Below are positions 55,663 through 64,000 of a stretch of DNA of 64,000 nt, in pieces. This DNA comes from Eledone cirrhosa (taxonomy: Eukaryota): positions 45,818,001 to 45,882,000 of the forward strand of contig OZ024747.1 of the NCBI GenBank assembly GCA_964016885.1, in the 5' to 3' direction. Position 1 is the stretch's first letter. Every line of letters starts with the position of its first letter. The position numbers and the translations under genes are program-made. Under the pieces are notes generated by a model. The model searched no databases. It was given only the letters and a program-made list of their open reading frames with translations, and was not told the origin of the DNA.

Positions 55663-55904
55663 CAATAATAATAACGACAACAACAACAATAATAATATAC
55701 ATGGATATATATATATACACACACACGCAAACACATAAACATATCTATACACACACACGATAGCAATTAACAGCGCTGCGATCGAATGTGGCTTTTTAGT
55801 CCAGCCAATGATCTAAAATGTCTTGCACAGAGTCGGCAACCAAAACATTCACTGACATTCACATACATACATACATACATACATACTCCACCCTGATTAC
55901 ACCT

Positions 55905-56312
55905 TCAGATTTATGCCTGATTATTGGGGCACTGGGGTATGTTAGTAACTGCCTCAATACAAATCTTGAGAAGCTAGGCTTCACAGAAGCAGAAAGAACA
56001 CAACTAGTTAGGAAATTACAAGTACAATCCATTAATGGAACAGTAAAAATATGTAAAACATTCCAACAATTTTGCATCTAATAATTGCAAATACACATGT
56101 ACAGATACAAAGCGTATACACATGCACACACACAACTCAAAACATCCACATCCACACATACAATAACATCTATATCTACACATGCATGCATACATACATA
56201 TCTACCTAGTTGATGTTGTGTAAATTCCAATGAGAGAGTCTTGTGTCTATGTTAGAAACCGACTCTCTCTCTCTATTGGTAAACATTTGTGAAATTATAA
56301 AACCAGAAGAAC
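55905..56312 (+). mobile_element. 3' end of an R4/Dong-like RLE non-LTR retrotransposon in a (CATA)n microsatellite
   Basis: IIGALGYVSNCLNTNLEKLGF...LVRKLQVQSINGTVKICKTF* resembles the R4-clade C-terminus (IGALG...LQK..L.GT..I.R). (CATA)n lies on both sides. Confidence 0.65.
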
Positions 56313-56868
56313 ATACATACAAACATATATATATTTATTTGTATAAAGACACAGACACACAAAACACAATTATCATACACCCACCTTAATCTACTAAATT
56401 GGTCTCAGGCTTATACAAACACCACACTGTACCCAAATACGGTTAATTACAATAAGCTATATAAATACAGACTCGCAAACAAAAGTACACAAATATACAA
56501 CATATATTTATGAACAGTCTACAACTTAATATAAACATGTTTTCACTACAATAATCTATAAAATTATGCACGGAAAAATACAAGCACACACATACACACA
56601 ATACTTTAATAAATATAATTACATTCAAAATATAATCTTACTGACACATGCTTTACTCCATACGAATAACAAAAAACACCAAATTCATTGTTATATTATT
56701 ATTACCTCCCTTGACAAAATATCATGTTTGATATAACCTCGGCTATCATACATAGTCTTGCCCCGAAGATAAGCAACACTAGCATATACAGTGTCTCTAT
56801 GACTTATACTAGAGTAAAATTTAAAATGTTTGATAGCAAGCGACTGTGTTCAGAACTTATTCATAATA

Positions 56869-57235
56869 AGGGTGAACATAAAGTATTTCCCTGATTATAA
56901 ATCTTTATTAAGCAAAATATAAATAAGATAGAAAAACAGTTTTTGGCACACTTATAGCATATGTCAGGAAGTTCTTTTCAGGCTCACATGAACTTCTGTG
57001 AACTTCAACATGGGCTCCACTCGTCACTCGGAACACATCTAAGCGATATGCTATTGCTTTAGTTATTCTTGCTTTTAGAGTTTCAAGATTGCGAACCGGT
57101 GTCCGGTACACGTTGTTCTTAACGTACCCCATGAAAACAAGTCACGCAAAGTAATGTCTGGCAAGCGTGGAGGCCATGGTGTTGGACCACCTCTCCCAAT
57201 CCATCTGACTATGTCATTTACTTATTCTCGGCAAA
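56869..57235 (-). mobile_element. Tc1/mariner transposase 3' relic with one TIR
   Basis: Minus strand RWIGRGGPTPWPPRLPDITLRDLFSWG/GYVKNNVYRTPVRNLETLKARI...YRLDVFRVTSGAHVE (WPPRSPDL motif). TIR-like TA|AGGGTGAACATAAAGT at 56869. Confidence 0.85.
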
Positions 57236-57248
57236 AACAATATATCTA

Positions 57249-57323
<75 letters not shown>

Positions 57324-57634
57324 CAGATTACGCAAGCAGCGATACATAGGTATTCAGTCTGTTACAGAAACATATGTCAATACCTAATAAATTCCTTTTT
57401 TAAAAAAAGCACTTTCATTTTATATTCATCCTTTCTATATATATATATATATTTCGTTTCTGAATTTGTTTAGCAAGATTCTTTATCTGAAATCGTGTGT
57501 TGAAACCGATATTGTTATACTTTGGGAGGGTCATGTTGCCAATAAGAAACACAGGCACCAGTTGCTTTCACTTCAATTAATTATATATTTATAAATTTAT
57601 AAATTTATAAATTTCTGGTTGGTTGGTTGGTTCC

Positions 57635-59160
57635 TATAGTAATAGTTACCTAGACACATATGACCTTAGCAACCTGTGCCCTACAAGACCAGCAAGAGGC
57701 AGACCACCTACCATTACCTCAATGTCCAAGAAAACCCACACAGATAGATGGAACGGGTGGACCAGAGCCATACGGACACCCGAAAACCACGATGAACTGA
57801 AGAAAATGATTGCACATGCGGTAGGGGCCAGCATAAAACTAACCCTTAAGGAACATATGTTCAAATTTAATGGAAAAACATATGCCCAAGAGGAAGGAGC
57901 AGCCATTGGTGTTAGCATTGCAGGCGACATAGCTAACTTATTCATGGTATGGTGGGACAGTAGACTTAAACTTAAACTTAAAGAACAATTAGAAGACCCC
58001 GTAACCCTGATAATGTACTCCCGCTACGTTGATGATATAAACATCGTAGTCAAGACACCCCCACTAGAGAACAGTCAGGAACTAGAGAAAAACACAATGG
58101 AAAGCATCCAGCAAATAGCAAACTCCACCCACCAGAGCATTAGAGTTACTATAGACTACCCAAGTAAACACCCCAACCATCGATTACCTGTACTAGACAC
58201 AGAGCTCTGGTTAGATACCATTAACAACAAAAAACAAATCCTCCATTCCCATGACTTCCAAACCCATGACTTCCAAACATCTGATCCACCGAAACTCGGC
58301 CATTTCGGACCATACCAAAATCAACATACTGATTGCGGATTTGGTACGGGTGATGAGAAATGTGTCCCGCATGTGCAACCCCGAAGAACTAGAGAGACAC
58401 ATACAACACTTCATCCACCGTATGCAGTTCTCTGGCTACAATCAGAGAGATAAAATCAGAGTGTATAGAGGAGCCAGACAGAACCAAATGGAAAAAAATG
58501 GTAAATAATGACATAAATGGGACCTGCCCCTTGTATAGGAGCAAATTTTGGAATAGAATAGAGAGAACTAGGAACAAGGCTAATAGAATAAACTCATGGT
58601 ATGATAGCAATAAATACCAGAGTGTAATGTTCATCGATACAACCCCTAGAGGTGAATTAGCTTACAAATTTAGAAGGGCCCTAAATAAACATAAACTCAA
58701 TATTAAGATAGGAGAAAGACCAGGTACCTCCGTAAAAACACTTATTAGCAAGACATACCCTTTTCAAAGACCCTCATGTATAGATAAGAAATGTATAACC
58801 TGTAAAATAAGCCCCCATATTAACTGTAAAACTAGAAATGTAGTGTATAGCATAAGATGTACTGAAGGACAATGTAGAGACAAAAATATAGTGTACATAG
58901 GTGAGACAGCTCATAGTGTAGGGGAACGGATAAATGAACACTGGCGAGACCTTCAAGATAATAAAGAATCATCTGTACTCTACCAACATGCTAAGATAGA
59001 ACACAAGGGTAAATTAGAGGACATAGAAATAAAAATAGAATCTACACACAGAAAAGACGCAATGTTTAGACAAATTACAGAGGCAATAAACATAAAAGAA
59101 TTACAACCAAAATTAAATAGAAAATATGAGTGGAACAGCAACATCACAACTTACAATTAA
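57635..59160 (+). pseudogene. PLE reverse transcriptase-GIY-YIG endonuclease ORF broken by two frameshifts (~58255, ~58495)
   Basis: RT motifs QEEGAAIGVSIAGDIANLFM, YSRYVDD and LPVLD; thumb KPMTSKHLIHRNSA...FSGY; Cys linker CIDKKCITC..NCKTRNVVYSIRC; endonuclease VYIGET..GERINEH...RQITEAI.I....PKLN*. Confidence 0.9.
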
Positions 59161-59360
59161 GGACAAAATGAAAACACACACACACATAGAACAAACAACC
59201 AACCAGTAACATGTAAATAAACAAATAAATAAATGAACATAAACACACACAGACACCCGGATGTGGCGCATGCGCAGACTGAGCACACAACACACACACA
59301 GAAACAAAATGGCGTAGGACAGAACAAAGGAGAGGCACAGAAACAAAGAAAGGAATCCCC

Positions 59361-59405
59361 AGTCACTGAAGAGGTCACAGAGTGTGTGACGAAAGAACTA
59401 TGACT
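59361..59405 (+). ncRNA. Minimal type I hammerhead ribozyme motif in the PLE 3' region
   Basis: AGTCA-CTGAAGA-G-GTCACA-GAGTG-TGTGAC-GAAA-GAAC-TA-TGACT. Stem I is 5 bp and stem II is 6 bp. Stem III AGAACT is one substitution from a palindrome; the triplet is CUA. Confidence 0.75.
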
Positions 59406-59539
59406 ATATATAAACAACTATCTGGTTGTGGAACCAACCAACCAACCAGAAATTTATAAATTTATAAATATATAATAAATTGAAGTGAAAGCAGCTGGTG
59501 CGTGTATTTCTTATTGGCAACATGACCCTCCCAAAGTAT

Positions 59540-59596
<57 letters not shown>

Positions 59597-59632
59597 TACA
59601 CGGGTGTGTATGATTGTGTATAGAAGGTTATG

Positions 59633-60083
<451 letters not shown>

Positions 60084-60235
60084 TGCGTGTATATATATAT
60101 GTATATATATGGTTCTTTACCACAACTCCTTCGTTATGTATATATATATATATATATATATATAGATAGATAGATATAAATATAAATATAATATAAAACG
60201 AAAAATCAGTGATGCAGCTGCACTCAATTTATTAT

Positions 60236-60324
60236 GTGTTACAATTGTTTCGCCGGCAGACAGTTCGAGACACGATCATTGTATGGATCTGTCTGATTCT
60301 GGAAACTGCAGGTTCGTCGGACAC
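60236..60324 (-). ncRNA. Degenerate type I hammerhead-like motif
   Basis: Minus strand GTGT-CCGACGA-ACCTGCAG...CTGCCGGC-GAAA-CAATTG-TA-ACAC. Stem III ACAATTGT is palindromic; the U4C change and stem II mismatches suggest it is inactive. Confidence 0.55.
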
Positions 60325-60591
60325 TGGCAATAATTCCGGACCAAAATTTCTCACCGGGGTGTTAGCGTAAAAAAAACACCTTCCTCGCTTGTCCTGCTGT
60401 TGGCTGTTGTTTTTCTACGTCATCATAAATTCTGACCAATAGTCGCAGTCAGGCTGTCCATCGGCTACCCTCTAAATATATATATATATCTGTTTCTCGA
60501 CCGTTATATCGCGTGACTATCTCCCCCTCCGCCTTTTGGGATTCTTTCTCACGTCGTGTAGACGCGTTCTTGAGACTAGTAAAATGAGGTA

Positions 60592-60681
60592 TCCTCTTGA
60601 TAAGTCGGCAGACCTCGCAAGGACTCTATATCTTTATGATATATTGTTTTTGTTTATGCCACGAAACTACGTAGTCGAGGA
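60592..60681 (+). ncRNA. Type I hammerhead ribozyme motif, U3-A8 core variant (copy 1)
   Basis: TCCTC-TTGATAA-GTCGGCA...TGCCAC-GAAA-CTACGTAG-TC-GAGGA. Stem I is 5 bp, stem III is the palindrome ACTACGTAGT, and the triplet is GUC. Confidence 0.8.
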
Positions 60682-61186
60682 ATTTAGGAGCAGTTTAGGT
60701 ATGATACATTTTATTACTAATTATATCTAAATGTTTCTTCTCTCTTCATAATGTATTTTTAACTCTGATATTGGTTCAGTCTAGTTCAACTGAATTGGTC
60801 TGTCCCAGTCATTCATTGAGCAACATCGGTGAAGTTGGCACTCTTAACTCACAGTTGGGTGCGGATGCATTCATGTATATATGTGTGTGTCCGCATGTAT
60901 CTGTGTGTTTCTAAATATATTGTTAATAACTCCCTCTGGTCGAGCAATCTTTGAAGTGTGGGGACAGCTGGAAAGCTTCCATTACTCATACTTCTCGCCT
61001 TCTTCACCACCTCTTCTACGGCCTCGATATAAATACCCCCTCCGCCTCCGTGGTATTTTCTTCGGGGTTATAAGAGGCTTAGCTCTGTTTCTCGACCGTT
61101 ATATCGCGTGACTATCTCCCCCTCCGCCTTTTGGGATTCTTTCTCACGTCGTGTAGACGCGTTCTTGGGACTAGTAAAATGAGGTA

Positions 61187-61276
61187 TCCTCTTGATAAGT
61201 CGGCAGACCTCGCAAGGACTCTATATCTTTATGATATATTGTTTTTGTTTATGCCACGAAACTACGTAGTCGAGGA
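61187..61276 (+). ncRNA. Type I hammerhead ribozyme motif, U3-A8 core variant (copy 2)
   Basis: Identical to 60592-60681, 595 nt downstream. Confidence 0.8.
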
Positions 61277-61579
61277 ATTTAGGAGCAGTTTAGGTATGAT
61301 ACATTTTATTACTAATTATATCTAAATGTTTCTTCTCTCTTCATAATGTATTTTTAACTCTGATATTGGTTCAGTCTAGTTCAACTGAATTGGTCTGTCC
61401 CAGTCATTCATTGAGCAACATCGGTGAAGTTGGCACTCTTAACTCACAGTTGGGTGCGGATGCATTCATGTATATATGTGTGTGTCCGCATGTATCTGTG
61501 TGTTTCTAAATATATTGTTATATATAAATATATATATATATATGTAGAAGTTCTATTTAAATTGTTGGGATACAATAAG

Positions 61580-61732
61580 CAAATATTTTTATAACTGATA
61601 TAAAGCACTCAACAAATTATTGGAGTAAAAATACGATATATTAACAAATGGAAACTATATTTATAAAACTATATTTATTTCATTATACATATTTCAAGGA
61701 CACCAAGTTAAATTATGGTGTGCTTTCATCAT
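61580..61732 (-). repeat. Diverged copy of the 38.7-38.9 kb HHR-like family
   Basis: Minus strand ..TGATGA-AAGCACACCA...TGGTGTCCTT-GAAA-TATG-TA-TAATGAAATAAAT... is colinear with 38747-38895; truncated by (TA)n at the CUGA box. Confidence 0.65.
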
Positions 61733-61755
61733 ATATATATATATATATATATAAT

Positions 61756-61993
61756 GGAAAACGAAAAATCAGTGATGCATCGGAACTCAATTTATTGTGT
61801 GTTACAATTGTTTCCCTGGCGAACAGCTCAAGGTGCGATCCGTGTGTGGATCTACCTGACTCTAGACTCTAGACCCTGCGAGTCTAGAGTCAGGTAGATC
61901 CACACACAGATCGCACCTCGAGCTGTTCGCCGGGGAAACAATTGTAACACACAATAAATTGAGTTCCAATGCATCACTGATTTTTCGTTTTCC
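61756..61993. repeat. 114-bp inverted repeat (10-nt spacer, 4 mismatches)
   Basis: 61756-61869 is the reverse complement of 61880-61993. It is homologous to 60195-60300 and contains only the GAAA-CAATTG-TA-ACAC half of that HHR-like motif. Confidence 0.9.
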
Positions 61994-62072
61994 TTTCTAT
62001 AATAGTCTTCTCCGTAGGAACATAGAGTGCTCAACCAACATACCGCCTATGGAAGCATCTTAGCTACCATTA

Positions 62073-62137
<65 letters not shown>

Positions 62138-62186
62138 GAATAAAGATGGTTTTATAAATATAGGTTCCATCTATTTAATATCATTG

Positions 62187-62315
<129 letters not shown>

Positions 62316-63029
62316 ATAGATATATGTATATAAGTATATATAGAATCTGCGGTGCTGAGACCGGGAAGACCACTAATTATTGGGATACTCATAGCATGGG
62401 GAGATGCAGAGTGGTTATAGAGAAATGTAAGATCCTAATGGTGGGGACGAGCAGTTTTGACTTGTGTTTTCAGCAAGGCTTGCTCAATACACAAGCTGAA
62501 ATTGCTTGGCACCGCGTTCTGGAATCTACCTACCTCTGCATACAAATAAATGTATATATATATGTGTGTGTGCGTGTGTTTGCGTCTGTCAATTTGTGAG
62601 TGTGTGTGTGAGCTTTTGTATCCATTTAATGCGTGAGGTGTGTGAAATGATCAAGAAATGAAAGATTACTGCTCAGTACTGAATGATTCAAATTACATTA
62701 TCCCAGAATTTATGACTGAAATATGTTACACAGGAAACACTGTATATGTTTTCCAAGTAGCTCTAAGCAAAATAAACGGTAACCCAGCAATGATACCTGA
62801 CATATTCTCTATCATCGTTTTCAAGAATGTTGTTTTCTCCTTTAATATCACCTCTAAAAACATCTGCCACCATTTTATTGTCATAGTTTAGTTTATAGAA
62901 CACAGCGGTTACTCTCAGAAGCAAACATTCTAATTTTTAAGAAAGATAACTATTGGCCATTTTCTTTCATGTCTCATATAATGAAAACATTTGAAAGAAT
63001 AATACTAGCTAAAATGATCAGTTAGACGG

Positions 63030-63165
<136 letters not shown>

Positions 63166-63251
63166 CATGTATATATATATATACACTTATATGTATATAT
63201 ATATATATATGTATATATATACATGTATATATATATATACACTTATATGTA

Positions 63252-63317
<66 letters not shown>

Positions 63318-63325
63318 TGTGTGTG

Positions 63326-63905
63326 TGTAATCTGAGTTTTTCGAATATTAATAATAATATTCGATTCGTTTGCAATTATGCAAACAGCCTCTTGTAAGCC
63401 ATGTCAGTAGATTGACCCGTCATTCTTGCTCTTATGTTGGCATGTAAACAGAACTGCAGACACTAATGTTTCTGGGTGAATAACTTTCATCAGTACAGTA
63501 TACTACTTACCTGCCAACTGTCGGAACTAGTGAAAATATTTGATATTTTCTGAAATATACAGTGACTGATCGGCCTGATTTGCATATTAGCAGACTGGCT
63601 GATCAGTCAGATCTGTATATTAGCAGATCCACTCATCAGCCAGATTTGCGTATCAACAGATAGGCCAGTCAGCTTCATGTAATCGAGCGATTAATGGCCG
63701 GCTTTGCCATATTCAAATAATTAACAAATAGTTAATCGCTCTACATGGCTGAATACAATAAATGTAATCTGAGTTTTTCAAATATTAATAATAATATTTG
63801 ATTCGTTTGCAATTACGCAAACAGCCTCTTTAAAGCCCTGTCAGTAGTGTCTGCAGTTCTGTTTACATGCCAACACAAGACCAAGAATGACGGAGTCATT
63901 CTGCT
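63326..63905. repeat. Island with an 85-bp direct repeat followed by a 60-bp segment in opposite orientations
   Basis: 63326-63410 resembles 63763-63847; 63406-63465 resembles the reverse complement of 63845-63905. Internal ~33-bp degenerate tandem repeats; TA-rich flanks. Confidence 0.75.
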
Positions 63906-64000
63906 ATAACTATTTATTATATATATATATATATATTTGAAAATAGACCGAGAAACAGGAATGTCCATTATCAGTAGTCTGCTGATTATCATTGGTATTT

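Larger units (their letters stand above)
57452..59547 (+). mobile_element. Penelope-like element (PLE), 5'-truncated, with an inverted terminal copy of its 3' end, inserted in (TA)n
   Basis: RT + GIY-YIG coding region. 57509-57634 is the reverse complement of 59430-59547. There is an HHR motif in the 3' region and (TA)n on both flanks. Confidence 0.92.
60489..61520 (+). mobile_element. Non-coding partial tandem (period 595 bp, 437-bp direct repeats) with one HHR per repeat; retrozyme/PLE-pLTR-like
   Basis: 60489-60925 matches 61084-61520 (one substitution noticed), separated by a 158-bp unique spacer and flanked by (TA)n. Confidence 0.85.

Noticed and set aside
60536-61325. Two near-identical 64-aa ORFs
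   Set aside because: They arise from the DNA direct repeat, start at TTG and overlap the ribozyme motif; there is no coding signature.
63575-63675. CTGATGAG on the minus strand within ~33-bp repeats
   Set aside because: No downstream GAAA or stems consistent with a hammerhead.

Overview
AT-rich, microsatellite-dense eukaryotic (animal) non-coding DNA. The SINE repertoire looks cephalopod (Octopus-like), which is an inference. I cannot support any host protein-coding exon; nearly all ORF-track entries are microsatellite or transposon read-through. Mobile DNA includes one 5'-truncated, frameshifted Penelope-like element (RT + GIY-YIG, 57.5-59.5 kb), a Helitron helicase 3' relic, a head-to-tail non-autonomous Helitron composite, 3' fragments of CRE-, R4/Dong- and RTE-type LINEs, a mariner relic, TTAA and TA MITEs, and more than 20 tRNA-derived SINEs. 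The most striking signal is a set of type I hammerhead-ribozyme (HHR) motifs in short non-coding islands bounded by (TA)n: six locations with all core elements readable by eye, plus degenerate ones. These include a 595-bp tandem unit with a U3-A8 compensatory core (retrozyme/circRNA candidate) and long fold-back palindromes carrying HHR motifs on both strands.
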